Assembly (NCBI GenBank): GCA_023146045.1
Contig: JAGLCW010000094.1
Location: 2,579 to 66,578 of the forward strand
Reading direction: 5' to 3'
Origin: Caldisericia bacterium
GTDB lineage: Bacteria; Caldisericota; Caldisericia; UBA6126
Length of the DNA stretch: 64,000 nucleotides
Made by a program: the position numbers and the translations under genes. Under the pieces are notes generated by a model that saw only the letters and a list, made by a program, of their open reading frames with translations, was not told the origin of the DNA and did not search any database. This document shows, piece by piece, positions 19,430-30,065 of this stretch. Position 1 is the stretch's first letter. Every line of letters starts with the position of its first letter.

Positions 19430-20582
19430 AAAATGTAGTTGCATTATTGTCGGATCCGGGAAAGGAACACGGTATTCATCATTAGAGTCTAAACTTTTTG
19501 CAAATTTATCTGGTAAACCTGTAATTGTTAGATCTGTTTCTAACTTTCTTGAAAATCCAAACTTTGAAGAAATTATTCTTGTAGGTCCTTTTGAAATGAG
19601 CTTTTTTTGTGATTATTTTGGAGAAGCAAAAAAAATAAAAATTGTTAAAGGCGGAGATACAAGAGCAAAAAGTGTTTCAAATGGCTTGTTAGCTTGCAAC
19701 GATTCGTCAGAATTTGTTTTTGTCCACGATGCAGCGCGTCCTTATGTTTCTTCTAGAACGATTGACCATTTATTGGATTTGCTTAGTGAAGACATAGACG
19801 GTGTAATTCCAGTATTACCAATATATGATTCTTTGAAAAAAATTGATGCAAATAGTATCCAATCTTCGATTTCAATGAAAAATATTGTTAGAGCTCAAAC
19901 TCCTCAAGCATTTAAAAAGAAGAAACTAATTAGAGCCTATAACGCTATTGGAACTGAACAATCATTGGCAAAAGACGATGCTGAATTATTGATGATGTAC
20001 GACAATGATTCATGCATAAAATATGTTAAAGGTGAGTATGCTTCTGAAAAAATCACAGATATTGAAACATTCAAAATGTTAGAAAAAATAACAAAATCTT
20101 CTTTTAAAACTGGTTTGGGGTGGGATTTTCATCCTTTTAAAAAAGACCGTAAACTAATTCTAGGTGGATGTTTATTCGAGAATACAATCGGGTTAGAAGG
20201 AGATTCTGATGGAGACGTTGTCTGCCATTCAATCATTGATTCTCTTCTTGGAGCACTTGGGAAAGGTGACATTGGTTCATTCTTTGGCGTAAAAACTCCT
20301 AATATGATGGGTGTTGAAAGTCTGAAACTTCTTGAAATACTAAGAGGAACGAGCTTAGGGTTTTATTGGGAGATTGTAAATATAGACATAACAGTAATCT
20401 GTAAGATTCCAAACATTATGGAACATTCTGAGAGAATGAAAACGAAAATTTCAAACGCTTTGCGAATTGAAAAAAAGTGTGTAAATATTAAAGCTACAAC
20501 GGATAAAGGAATGGATGCTGCTGGAGAAGGCAAAGGAATTCGATCTATAGCCATTTCTCAAATCAAGATTGAGGAGGAATAG
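19413..20582 (+). CDS. ispDF: Bifunctional 2-C-methyl-D-erythritol 4-phosphate cytidylyltransferase / 2-C-methyl-D-erythritol 2,4-cyclodiphosphate synthase (IspDF)
   Basis: N-terminal '[12 protein letters not shown]' (IspD glycine-rich motif). C-terminal '[21 protein letters not shown]' (IspF). The likely start is the GTG at 19413 (GGAAAG 8 nt upstream); the alternative ATG at 19359 overlaps yacL. Confidence 0.8.
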   Translation: MKAKLKKCSCIIVGSGKGTRYSSLESKLFANLSGKPVIVRSVSNFLENPNFEEIILVGPFEMSFFCDYFGEAKKIKIVKGGDTRAKSVSNGLLACNDSSEFVFVHDAARPYVSSRTIDHLLDLLSEDIDGVIPVLPIYDSLKKIDANSIQSSISMKNIVRAQTPQAFKKKKLIRAYNAIGTEQSLAKDDAELLMMYDNDSCIKYVKGEYASEKITDIETFKMLEKITKSSFKTGLGWDFHPFKKDRKLILGGCLFENTIGLEGDSDGDVVCHSIIDSLLGALGKGDIGSFFGVKTPNMMGVESLKLLEILRGTSLGFYWEIVNIDITVICKIPNIMEHSERMKTKISNALRIEKKCVNIKATTDKGMDAAGEGKGIRSIAISQIKIEEE

Positions 20583-20583
20583 T

Positions 20584-21054
20584 ATGAACGATAAAACAGA
20601 AGACATATTGGGACAGGTCGAAAGATTGATTAAGCTTATGAGAGAGAATCAGACAAAAACCGTCAACATAGAAAGTGATGGACTGAAAATAAGTATTGAA
20701 CAAAAAGAAAACTTACTGTCTTCAAAAGAGAATATTATTGCTCAGTCACAGTTAATTATTGAGACTGAAAAAGAACAAACAATTACTGAGTCAGATAATC
20801 ACATGATAAGCACTCCGCTAGTTGGAACATTTTACAGGTCTTCATCTCCACAGTCTGATTTATATGTAGAACTAAATGACGAAATTGAAAAAGGACAAGT
20901 CCTGTGTATTGTTGAAGCAATGAAAGTTATGAACGAAATTCATTCAGATACATCTGGAAAGATTGTTAATATATTTGTTGAAAATGGGGAAATGGTAGAA
21001 TATGGGCAATTATTGTTTGAAATTGAACCAAAGGAAACAATAGATGAGGCGTAA
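20584..21054 (+). CDS. accB: Biotin carboxyl carrier protein of acetyl-CoA carboxylase
   Basis: Biotinyl-lysine motif 'EAMKVMNEI'. GAGGAGGA RBS directly upstream of the ATG at 20584. Confidence 0.8.
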   Translation: MNDKTEDILGQVERLIKLMRENQTKTVNIESDGLKISIEQKENLLSSKENIIAQSQLIIETEKEQTITESDNHMISTPLVGTFYRSSSPQSDLYVELNDEIEKGQVLCIVEAMKVMNEIHSDTSGKIVNIFVENGEMVEYGQLLFEIEPKETIDEA

Positions 21055-22411
21055 GATTAAAAGAGTATTAATTGCCAATAGGGGGGAAATAGCTCTCAGG
21101 ATAGTTAGGGCATGCAAAGAGATGAATATCGAAACAATTCAAGTATATTCTGAAGCAGACTTAAATTCAATTCCAGTAAGCTTCTCGGATATGGCTGTAT
21201 GTATTGGGCCACCAAGCCCTTCACAAAGTTATTTGAATATTTCCCAAATTATGGTTGCTGCAACACTTTTGGGCGCTGATGCAATTCATCCTGGATATGG
21301 GTTCCTATCTGAAAATGCGACATTTTCTACTATCTGTTCAGATTACAATATAAAATTTATTGGGCCTTCATCGGTTTCGTTAGCAAAATGTGCGAACAAA
21401 GCGACTGTTAGAAAATTTGCTGTCGAATCGAATGTTCCCGTGTTGCCTGGAACAGAAGCTCCAATAAAAGATGTTGAAGAGGCAATAAGAATTGCAGACA
21501 ATATTGGATACCCAATACTTCTAAAAGCTGCTATGGGTGGCGGAGGAAGAGGTATTAGAATGGTAGAAAACAAAGAGCAGTTAAAGGAATATTTGCCTAT
21601 TGTCCAAAGAGAGTCTTTTACATCTTTTGGTTCAGATGAAATTTATATTGAAAAGTTTTTAAAGAATCCTAGGCATATAGAAGTTCAAATTTTTGGGGAC
21701 GGAAAAGGGAATGTAATACATCTTGGTGTACGTGAGTGTTCCATCCAAAGGAAGCACCAAAAGATTATCGAGGAAGCTCCTACGTGTGGCTTGTCGCAGA
21801 ATAAGGAAAAAGAACTTTTAGAATCTGCCGTAAGGCTTTGCAAGAACTTGAAGTATGAGAATGCTGGTACTTGTGAGTTTATAGTAGATGAAAACGAAAA
21901 ATTTTACTTTTTAGAAATCAATACAAGAATCCAAGTTGAACACCCCATTACCGAAGAAACTACAGGTACAGATATTGTTAAAATGCAACTATATGTAGCT
22001 GAAAACGAAGAACTTCCAATAAAACAAGAGCAAGTGCATCAAAAAGGCTGGGCAATGGAATTTCGAATTGTTGCAGAAGATCCATATACATACATTCCTT
22101 CCGCTGGTAAAATTGAATTTGTTCATTTCCCTTCTGGTAGAGGAATAAGGATTGACTCTCACATTTACTCTGGATACAATATGCCGTCTTTTTATGATTC
22201 ACTACTTGGTAAAATTATTGTTAAAGGTGATACTAGACAAGAATGTTTAAGTATTGCGAAAAGAGCTCTCGAGGAGTGCACGATAGAAGGAGTAAAAACA
22301 AATATTCCGCTTCTTCTAAATGTATTAAAACACCCAGAATTTATTGCTGGTAGAATCAATACTGGTTTTTTGGAAAAGTACATCCTTCCAAAGAAGAAAA
22401 TTAAAGAATAA
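21044..22411 (+). CDS. accC: Biotin carboxylase
   Basis: ATP-grasp biotin carboxylase fold throughout ([34 protein letters not shown]). Confidence 0.9.
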   Translation: MRRKIKRVLIANRGEIALRIVRACKEMNIETIQVYSEADLNSIPVSFSDMAVCIGPPSPSQSYLNISQIMVAATLLGADAIHPGYGFLSENATFSTICSDYNIKFIGPSSVSLAKCANKATVRKFAVESNVPVLPGTEAPIKDVEEAIRIADNIGYPILLKAAMGGGGRGIRMVENKEQLKEYLPIVQRESFTSFGSDEIYIEKFLKNPRHIEVQIFGDGKGNVIHLGVRECSIQRKHQKIIEEAPTCGLSQNKEKELLESAVRLCKNLKYENAGTCEFIVDENEKFYFLEINTRIQVEHPITEETTGTDIVKMQLYVAENEELPIKQEQVHQKGWAMEFRIVAEDPYTYIPSAGKIEFVHFPSGRGIRIDSHIYSGYNMPSFYDSLLGKIIVKGDTRQECLSIAKRALEECTIEGVKTNIPLLLNVLKHPEFIAGRINTGFLEKYILPKKKIKE

Positions 22412-25400
22412 TGATATTATGATTGAAAACATATCTGATTTTTTCTGCCCAAACTAAGTAATTTTTCCCATCACTTTTATTGTGAGTTGAGGAAAACCAG
22501 TATTCGTTATTTTCTTTGAGTATTGATGTTCCAATTCTTTCTAATTCTAGAGAGATTGCATAAAGATAGCTATTTGGGTCGTCTTGTGGAAACGAAAAGT
22601 ATCCATGGTATCTTTGAATAGATGAGATAAATTGCATATCTTCTTCTGTTAGCTTTATGGTTTCATCGTAATATGAAGAGTGAAAAGTTTTTGGGTATGA
22701 ACCACTTGCATTGCCAGTTGCACAAAGTTTATCATGAAGTACTGTTAACCCATCATAAATATTTGCTTTAATGCCCAACACAGTATTTGAATATACCCTC
22801 CCACCATTATCTAGAGAACAGTTATATATGCTGGTTCCAATACACTGGTCTTTTCTGAATATTCCACCCCAGTAAACAAAGGACTCATTTTGTTGGCATT
22901 CTGCTTCCACCCAGTAGTAACCGCTAAACTTTTCAGAATTAGCATTGTGCTTAGATGGATAATTTATTGACAAACCAGGTTCGTAACAATTCCAATATGG
23001 TAAATATCTTTTTCCTGTGGTTGTATAAAGAGCTATGCCCATTCCTGAACCTACATAGCTATTCGTAGTGATTTGTTGGATTCCTCTACCTGCATCAAAA
23101 GTAAGCAAATCGTTGTTAAAACGATGTACCGACGGATAAGACTCATGAACAATTAGTGCCAGTAGCAGTTCTGTGGGGTAGGATTCTGGTAAGTAGTTTT
23201 GGTAGGAGGACGTTACAGAATCAGCTATAATTTTTTCAGTACATCCACCTATTCCTCCCTCTATTTTTGGATCTAAATGAACAATACTGGATTCTAAGAT
23301 TTCTTGGGCAAAAGGACTAAAAGAAACAGTGCTAATGTTTATCCAACCTTGTAAATGATCTGTTGGATCTTCCACTTTTATAAACCAATGAATATTATCT
23401 GGTGTGAAAATTTTAACTCTATTTTCTACGTATAATGGCTTCAAAACCCAAGACGACGGAACTAATTTCTTTGGATTCCTTTTTAAAGTAAAGAACAATT
23501 TGTCTAACTCAATTGCTGTCTCTATTGTTATATTTCCATTAATTTGCAAGTTTTTCATTTTCTGGAATTTCATGAGTGCGTTTTTACTATATGGTCCAAA
23601 ATAGTTAGTTTCTTTTCCTTCACAACCGGCTAAATTGGGATTTTTATGTAAAGAAGTTAATGGATTTGAATTTAGTACTATCTGAAGATATTCACAAACA
23701 GGTCCTTGCATTCCCTCCATAAAAGGCATTCCCAGGGTTTTTACTGATTCTTGGAAAGAAAAACTATTCGGAACAGTTCTAAATGCACTTGTTTCATATG
23801 GATTTCCAACAATTAATGCTCCCATTTTATCTGTAACCGATAAATAATAATCAGTCAAACAGTTTTCTGCTGAAGGATATGTGCTAGAAATGCAAAAAAT
23901 AATGTCTTCTAACCCACCATCAGATAACTTTTTTATGTTTTTAATATTACTGCTTAATGATGAACCAGCTACATAAACATTGTTGTTAATGTCAATGTCT
24001 ATTCCCCCAACTGAATCCCAATCCTCTCCTCCAATATAACTGGAAAAAATAAGAGTATCCATAAGTGAATTAACATGTGCATAAAATATGTCTTGTTTGC
24101 CTGAGTAATTCTTATTTTCTGCTGTTACTGTGATTGGGAAATCTGAAGACAGTGTTACCCCAGTAATAAAAATGTTACCTCTAAAGTCAGTTACCAGATC
24201 AACTATTTCATCCCAATCTGATCCACCAAAATAAGTGGAAACCATCATAGCTTCTCCTGTTTTAGATATTTTACATATGAAGCCATCTTGCCTTCCATTT
24301 AGATAAGATTGATATGCATTTTTGGATGTCGGAAAATCTTTTGAATCTGTGAAACCAGCTACATAAACATTTCCTTCCCAATCACAAGAAACAGATTTGC
24401 CTACTTCAAAAGAAGATCCACCAATAAATGTGCTAAAAATTAACCTATCTCCAGCTGACGACAGTCTACACACAAAAACATCTTCATTTCCGTTCAATGA
24501 GGAATCTAGAGCAGAACTTGTAACTGGAAAATCAGTAGATAGAGTGTAACCTGTAACATAAATATTCTGTAAAAAGTCCAAGCATATGCTAAAACCAGCA
24601 TCCCATTTTGATCCACCAATAATAGTTGAAAACTCTATGTTCCCAGAGCCAATGTTTAAACATGTTATAAAAATATCGCATGGATTATCTAGGTTGTTGT
24701 TTTCTGTAAACTTATTGGTAGTAATGAAATTTACAGAGGAAGTGTACCCGGTGATATATATAGTATTGTTAAGTCCAGCAACAATGTCTAACGCAATATC
24801 ATTTAACGATCCTGGAAGTATTGAAGAAAAGTATATAGATTGTTTGCTATTACTTACCACAACAACAAAAGCATTGAGGTGGTTTCTGTCATTATTTGAT
24901 AAAGATTTGGTTATAGGGAAATCAATAGAATCTGTTCCACCACAGCATACCAAATCTCCATTGTAAGCAATGTCTAGTCCTAAAACTTCGTCCCAGCCTT
25001 GTCCTCCAAAAATTATACACTTAACTGGATTGCCATTTGTATCAATTTTCATTACGAAAGCATCGTAGTTTGACGTGTTATTAGATTTATCTTGAGAAAT
25101 TATGTGCGGAGATAATGTTCCTCCTCCAATCCATGAATTACCGTAGTAGTCAGTATTAATACAATTAACGGTTTCTTTATTGTTTCCACCAACCATAAAG
25201 CCGTTAAGTATGGGGTCAATTGTAATATTGTTGTGTCTAAATCTTACTGGAATTTCTAGTATCCAACGGTTGGTATCAATAAGTCTGTAGTTGACCGGTA
25301 TTTGGTTAGTGTTTTTTGTTATCCATGCAATGAGATTTGAATCAATCAGAAGGTTTCCTTTGTCAGTTTTAAAGTGCATTGATTTTTCAACCAATTTTAT

Positions 25401-25886
25401 AGAAGCATTTTCAACTTTAAACTCTAACAGTTTTAAAGAAGAATGTGCCTGAGCACTAATAGTATACTTAAGGTTTGTTCCGCTAAAATGAAAAGAAATG
25501 TTTATTCCAGGTAAAACATTTCTGTATACAACATTTTTCCATGTTGATGAACTTATTGTCTGTTTTGAATAAGCATACGAAATTTGAATTGGAGATTTTA
25601 TGAAACCAGTTGGATTCGATGCTGTATTTTCAAAATTAACAGTAAAAGAGTCATTGTTATGAAAGATATATTCAACAGAACTATGTTTAAAAGTAGCACC
25701 ACCAAAAGGCGTCTTACAGAAGAAAAGTACTGAAGAATCCCATTGCCCACAATTTTGTATAAAAAAGCTGTTATTCTGGATTTGGTTTTTCTGTTTTCCA
25801 TCAGAAGAAATGGGTACCAAAAAGTTGGTACCCATGAAAATTAAAAAACAAATGCTTATTGATATTATTTTTTTTGTTATAAGCAT
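22401..25886 (-). CDS. Large secreted protein: N-terminal domain, SBBP-type beta-propeller repeats, peptidoglycan-binding-like segment and a C-terminal uncharacterised domain
   Basis: Signal peptide. Repeated 'GGxxxDxxxxIxxDxxGNxYxxGxTxSxDFP' blocks (SBBP-like). 'LNSNPLTSLHKNPNLAGCEGKETNYFGPYSKNALMKFQKMKNL' resembles a PG-binding helix bundle. Confidence 0.55.
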   Translation of the reverse strand: MLITKKIISISICFLIFMGTNFLVPISSDGKQKNQIQNNSFFIQNCGQWDSSVLFFCKTPFGGATFKHSSVEYIFHNNDSFTVNFENTASNPTGFIKSPIQISYAYSKQTISSSTWKNVVYRNVLPGINISFHFSGTNLKYTISAQAHSSLKLLEFKVENASIKLVEKSMHFKTDKGNLLIDSNLIAWITKNTNQIPVNYRLIDTNRWILEIPVRFRHNNITIDPILNGFMVGGNNKETVNCINTDYYGNSWIGGGTLSPHIISQDKSNNTSNYDAFVMKIDTNGNPVKCIIFGGQGWDEVLGLDIAYNGDLVCCGGTDSIDFPITKSLSNNDRNHLNAFVVVVSNSKQSIYFSSILPGSLNDIALDIVAGLNNTIYITGYTSSVNFITTNKFTENNNLDNPCDIFITCLNIGSGNIEFSTIIGGSKWDAGFSICLDFLQNIYVTGYTLSTDFPVTSSALDSSLNGNEDVFVCRLSSAGDRLIFSTFIGGSSFEVGKSVSCDWEGNVYVAGFTDSKDFPTSKNAYQSYLNGRQDGFICKISKTGEAMMVSTYFGGSDWDEIVDLVTDFRGNIFITGVTLSSDFPITVTAENKNYSGKQDIFYAHVNSLMDTLIFSSYIGGEDWDSVGGIDIDINNNVYVAGSSLSSNIKNIKKLSDGGLEDIIFCISSTYPSAENCLTDYYLSVTDKMGALIVGNPYETSAFRTVPNSFSFQESVKTLGMPFMEGMQGPVCEYLQIVLNSNPLTSLHKNPNLAGCEGKETNYFGPYSKNALMKFQKMKNLQINGNITIETAIELDKLFFTLKRNPKKLVPSSWVLKPLYVENRVKIFTPDNIHWFIKVEDPTDHLQGWINISTVSFSPFAQEILESSIVHLDPKIEGGIGGCTEKIIADSVTSSYQNYLPESYPTELLLALIVHESYPSVHRFNNDLLTFDAGRGIQQITTNSYVGSGMGIALYTTTGKRYLPYWNCYEPGLSINYPSKHNANSEKFSGYYWVEAECQQNESFVYWGGIFRKDQCIGTSIYNCSLDNGGRVYSNTVLGIKANIYDGLTVLHDKLCATGNASGSYPKTFHSSYYDETIKLTEEDMQFISSIQRYHGYFSFPQDDPNSYLYAISLELERIGTSILKENNEYWFSSTHNKSDGKNYLVWAEKIRYVFNHNIIIL

Positions 25887-25910
25887 TTGTAACGGTACAA
25901 CAAAAATTTC

Positions 25911-26075
25911 CTATTTGCGTTGGGTGCTTATTAAATCAAACATTGCTGCTATAAAAATAACAAACGCCATGACAATTAATGTTACTGGATGTAAAGACCA
26001 AACGTTTGTGGTATAGATAGAGAACAGTATTAACCAAATAGAAAAAAAGATTCTTGTCCAGTTTGACCAATTCAT
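25911..26075 (-). CDS. Small two-TM membrane protein translationally coupled (ATGA overlap) to folK
   Basis: The internal Met start overlaps the folK stop as ATGA (26072-26075). Two hydrophobic helices. Hypothetical. Confidence 0.3.
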   Translation of the reverse strand: MNWSNWTRIFFSIWLILFSIYTTNVWSLHPVTLIVMAFVIFIAAMFDLISTQRK

Positions 26076-26578
26076 GTCGAACCTCCATATAGTTTTTCTA
26101 CATGATACCATATATCATTTTTTTTGTAAATATTCCAAATGGTTATTATGGTTGTTTTAAAAACAGGATGAAAGTACAAAGGACATATTTCAAGCAAAGG
26201 TAGTAGTACAAAGTCTCTGTTTTGGATATCACAGTGTGGGATATTAAGAGTTGGAGAATTAACAATATCTTGATTCCAAAATAGTATATCAATGTCAATC
26301 AATCTAGGTCCCCATCGATGTGTTTCTATGCGACCCATTTTCTTTTCGATCTTTTTTATTGTCATTAAGATAGAAAAAGGATCAGATTGATTTGTTTTTG
26401 CAAAAAGAACTAAATTTAAAAAGTGGTTTTGCTTTATTCCTCCATAAGGTTTTGTTTCTATGATGCTTGATCGTTTAAATATAGAAAAACCACTTTTTAA
26501 TAAAAATGAAATAGCTTCTTCAATGTTTGATTTTCTTCTACCAATGTTGCTGCCTATAGAAAATAGAACAGAGTTCAT
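26072..26578 (-). CDS. folK: 2-amino-4-hydroxy-6-hydroxymethyldihydropteridine pyrophosphokinase (HPPK)
   Basis: HPPK core 'GRIETHRWGPRLIDIDILFW'. Confidence 0.85.
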   Translation of the reverse strand: MNSVLFSIGSNIGRRKSNIEEAISFLLKSGFSIFKRSSIIETKPYGGIKQNHFLNLVLFAKTNQSDPFSILMTIKKIEKKMGRIETHRWGPRLIDIDILFWNQDIVNSPTLNIPHCDIQNRDFVLLPLLEICPLYFHPVFKTTIITIWNIYKKNDIWYHVEKLYGGST

Positions 26579-27723
26579 TTATACATTAACTGGGACGTTA
26601 GAATAGCTAGTCTAGTTGCTTTTACGTTGTGAACTCTAAGAATGTCTACTCCTTGTTTCCAAAGAAACACTGAAAGTGCAGAAGTGGGAATATCTCTATC
26701 CTCTAAATCAATACCTAGCATATGTTGGAAAAAACTTTTTCTAGAATGTCCAATTAAAATTTTACAATTCAAATCAAAAAAAGATGATAGCTCTTTAAAA
26801 ATTTTTAAGTTTTGTTCTGGAGTTTTAGCGAAACCAATGCCAGGATCTAATATTATTCTATTGTTTTGTATTTTTCTAGAATGTGCTTGTACTAGTATAT
26901 TCTTAAAATATGAGTGAATTTCAGAAATTATTGATGCATAGTTTGTCTTTCCTTGCATTGTTAATGGCGTGCCATTCATATGCATTGCAATAATTTCTGT
27001 GGTTTTGGATAAAGAAACTACATCAAGCATTTCTGGTATCACCTTCACGCAATTTACAATACTTGCTCCTTCTTCTATGCAAGTTTTAGCAACCAGTGGT
27101 TTTTGTGTGTCAATTGATATTCTGATAGATGGAAAATGCTTTTTAATTTCTTTTATTGCTGGTAAAACTCTGGCTAATTCTTTTTTTAATGGAACAGGTA
27201 AAGCTCCAGGACGCGTCGATTCTCCACCAATGTCAATAATGTTTGCTCCATCTTTAATCATTTTTTCTGTTTTATAAAGAATGTCTGAAACTGACAATAA
27301 AGTACCACCATCTGAAAACGAATCAGGTGTAACATTTAATATGCCCATAAACAAAGGGGTTGGGTTAGATTCTTTTTCTATGAGTTTTTTAAGAAATATG
27401 CCCAGAGATTCGCAAATATGTGGAAGGTTAAAAATACATTGTTTTTCAAGAGATTCCAATGCAACACTGTATGTCTTTTTTGTTCCCATAAGAAGAACGG
27501 TACTATTTTGTTTTGAATGATCTAGAACACCTTTGTTAACAGCAACATCACCTCCGGTACTTAAAAAAGTTTGTTTAAGTATTGTGGCTTCTCTAAAATC
27601 TACATTCGAAAGTTTAAGTAATATTACTTTACTTTTCCGAATAAAGTGATGGAAGCTGTCTTTTGTGCAATCAACTTCATTAAGGGCTTCTATAAGATTT
27701 TTTTGATTAACATAAGTGATCAT
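26575..27723 (-). CDS. folP: Dihydropteroate synthase with an extra N-terminal domain of about 110 aa
   Basis: Pterin-binding 'GILNVTPDSFSDGG' and a DHPS TIM-barrel follow an uncharacterised N-terminal extension of about 110 aa. Confidence 0.8.
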   Translation of the reverse strand: MITYVNQKNLIEALNEVDCTKDSFHHFIRKSKVILLKLSNVDFREATILKQTFLSTGGDVAVNKGVLDHSKQNSTVLLMGTKKTYSVALESLEKQCIFNLPHICESLGIFLKKLIEKESNPTPLFMGILNVTPDSFSDGGTLLSVSDILYKTEKMIKDGANIIDIGGESTRPGALPVPLKKELARVLPAIKEIKKHFPSIRISIDTQKPLVAKTCIEEGASIVNCVKVIPEMLDVVSLSKTTEIIAMHMNGTPLTMQGKTNYASIISEIHSYFKNILVQAHSRKIQNNRIILDPGIGFAKTPEQNLKIFKELSSFFDLNCKILIGHSRKSFFQHMLGIDLEDRDIPTSALSVFLWKQGVDILRVHNVKATRLAILTSQLMYK

Positions 27724-28502
27724 TATTTTTCTTTTGTTTTTTCAACTTCTGCGTAAGCATTATGGTTGTGAATGCTCTCATTGCTTAGGACGTTGATTGA
27801 AAACCATCTAACTTTTGGATTAGAATCTAAAGGTAAAAAAATATTTCTTACAACATCTTCTACAAACCTTGGATGATTATATGCATATTCGGTTACGTAT
27901 TTTTCATCGGAACGTTTTAATAGTGAATAAACAGGTGAAGAAGCTGCTTCTTCACAAATTGATATAACGTCTTCAATCCAAACTATACTTCCATGTTTCA
28001 TTCTAATTGAAACGCATGCCGTTCCTCTTTGGTTGTGGGCACCATAATCAGATATTTCTTTTGAACACGGGCATAACAATTGGATTGGTACCTTTACTTG
28101 CATAACAAAATCAAATTCATCTTTTTTAGAAGCAATGAATTTGCAATCATAAGAAAGGAAACTTTTGATTCTAGTAACAGGAGCTGGTTTGTTTAGGAAA
28201 AAAGGAAAATCAATTTCAATGTGTGCCGTTGCTGCTTTTAAAGATTTTTTTGTTTCTTGAAGTATTGCTTCAAGCGATAATATGGCAATGTTTTCTCTGT
28301 GGATATTCAAAATTTCAATGAAGCGACTCATATGTGTTCCACGGAATTTTTGTGGGAGATCAACAAAAAGACCAACAAGACCAGTAGTGGACTGAATTAC
28401 CCCATTTTTATCAGATATTGAGATCGGGTAGCGTACTCCTTGTACTCCTACCCGATCCAGTTTTATTTTTCTGTTGTCAAGTTCACCTTGAATGTCTCTC
28501 AT
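27723..28502 (-). CDS. folE2: GTP cyclohydrolase I type 2 (FolE2/MptA family)
   Basis: Conserved 'LLCPCSKEIS' and overall COG1469-like sequence. Confidence 0.75.
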   Translation of the reverse strand: MRDIQGELDNRKIKLDRVGVQGVRYPISISDKNGVIQSTTGLVGLFVDLPQKFRGTHMSRFIEILNIHRENIAILSLEAILQETKKSLKAATAHIEIDFPFFLNKPAPVTRIKSFLSYDCKFIASKKDEFDFVMQVKVPIQLLCPCSKEISDYGAHNQRGTACVSIRMKHGSIVWIEDVISICEEAASSPVYSLLKRSDEKYVTEYAYNHPRFVEDVVRNIFLPLDSNPKVRWFSINVLSNESIHNHNAYAEVEKTKEK

Positions 28503-28864
28503 TGTACTTGATTTTTTATAATAACGTGGCTCGTTGTAGTTTCAGAGAGTTTTACTTCGTATAGATGGTATGTGTTAGATTCTAGTAAAGGCTTTAATGA
28601 TGAGAACACCCACTCGGCAACAGTTTCAGCTGTAGGGTTACTAAAAAAATCATTTAAGTAGCTGTGATCAAGTTTCTGAAGAATTGTAGTATTAACAATA
28701 TTCTTCAATTCTAAAAAATCAACTACTAATCCTGTTTCTTTGTTTTTAGTTCCGCTAACGCTTACTGAAAGCAAATAGGTGTGACCATGAAGTTTCTCGC
28801 ACTGACCTTTGTAAGCCGTTAGGTTGTGTGCAGCGTCAAATTTAAAGTCTTTACAAATAATCAA
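28499..28864 (-). CDS. 6-pyruvoyl-tetrahydropterin synthase family protein (QueD/PTPS)
   Basis: 121 aa with the 'CEKLHGHTY' (CxxxHGH) zinc motif. Overlaps folE2 by 4 nt. Confidence 0.8.
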   Translation of the reverse strand: MIICKDFKFDAAHNLTAYKGQCEKLHGHTYLLSVSVSGTKNKETGLVVDFLELKNIVNTTILQKLDHSYLNDFFSNPTAETVAEWVFSSLKPLLESNTYHLYEVKLSETTTSHVIIKNQVQ

Positions 28865-30054
28865 ATGGGGTATTCTTTTGTCACTAATTCTTTTATTCTA
28901 TCCATTCCAAGTTTAATGTCTTCTTTAGATGTAGCATAAGAGAAACGAACGTAGTTATCTCCCTGAGAGCCAAATATACTTCCACTAAGGCATGCAACAT
29001 AAGCTTTTTCAAGAAATGCTTGTGCTAGACTGGCTGATGTAATTGAATACTTTTCCAAGATTGGTTTAACATTCACAAAAGCATAAAATGCACCCTTTGG
29101 TTTAATCATGCTCATTCCTGGGATATCGTTAACAAGTTTGTAAATCAAATCACAGCGTTCGCTGAAATGTTTCCACATTTGATGTACTTCTGGATTATCT
29201 CCTTCAAGTGCAGCAATCCCAGCAATTTGTGTAAAAGCTGGACAGCAAGAAACCGTGTTGTTGACAATTTTCTTCATTGAATTGTAAAATTTAGCAGGAA
29301 CAGCTGCATATCCTAATCTCCAACCAGTCATTGAATATGTCTTAGACATTCCATCCATTAAGATTGTTCTTTCAAGCATGCCAGGAATGCTAGCAATAGA
29401 AAAATGCTTGTCTTCATTAGAATATATCAAGTCTGAATAAATTTCATCAGAAAATACAACGGCATTGGTTTTTTTTATTACTTCTGCAATTTTTTCTAAT
29501 TCATTGCGGGAAAGTACTCCACCAGTTGGATTTTGTGGCGTGTTAATGATGATTAATTTTGTTTTTGGGGTAATTAATTTTTCTAAACCCTCAGCTGTCA
29601 ACTGATACCCGTTTTCTTCGTTTAGAGGAAGTGGGATAGATATTCCACCAGCTAAACCCACTGCAGATTGATATGGTGGATAACCTGGGTCTGGCACTAT
29701 ACATTCGTCACCTGGCTCTATAAAAGCAACGCATGTTGAGTAAATTAGAAGTTTCCCACCTGAAGTGACAAGTACATTTTCTGGGTCAACATCAATACCT
29801 CTCGTTTTTTTAAGATGTTTTGCAACTGCTGTTCTGAATTCTGGGATTCCGCCTGCTGGGGTGTAGTGTGTTTTTCCATCATCTAATGCTTTTTTGCAAG
29901 CATCGATAATGCCTTGTGGTGTTGGGAAGTCTGGTTCACCAATTTCCATATGAACAACTTTTTTACCCGTTCTTCTCTCAATTTCTTGTGCCTTAGCAAG
30001 AACTTCAAAGGCTCCTTCTGCTTTTGCGTGTTTAGTGCGTTCTGAAATTTTCAT
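28861..30054 (-). CDS. Aspartate/aromatic-family aminotransferase, class I
   Basis: PLP-lysine motif 'MSKTYSMTGWRLGY' and typical AAT-like N-terminus. Confidence 0.8.
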   Translation of the reverse strand: MKISERTKHAKAEGAFEVLAKAQEIERRTGKKVVHMEIGEPDFPTPQGIIDACKKALDDGKTHYTPAGGIPEFRTAVAKHLKKTRGIDVDPENVLVTSGGKLLIYSTCVAFIEPGDECIVPDPGYPPYQSAVGLAGGISIPLPLNEENGYQLTAEGLEKLITPKTKLIIINTPQNPTGGVLSRNELEKIAEVIKKTNAVVFSDEIYSDLIYSNEDKHFSIASIPGMLERTILMDGMSKTYSMTGWRLGYAAVPAKFYNSMKKIVNNTVSCCPAFTQIAGIAALEGDNPEVHQMWKHFSERCDLIYKLVNDIPGMSMIKPKGAFYAFVNVKPILEKYSITSASLAQAFLEKAYVACLSGSIFGSQGDNYVRFSYATSKEDIKLGMDRIKELVTKEYPI

Positions 30055-30065
30055 TTTTAGCTCCT

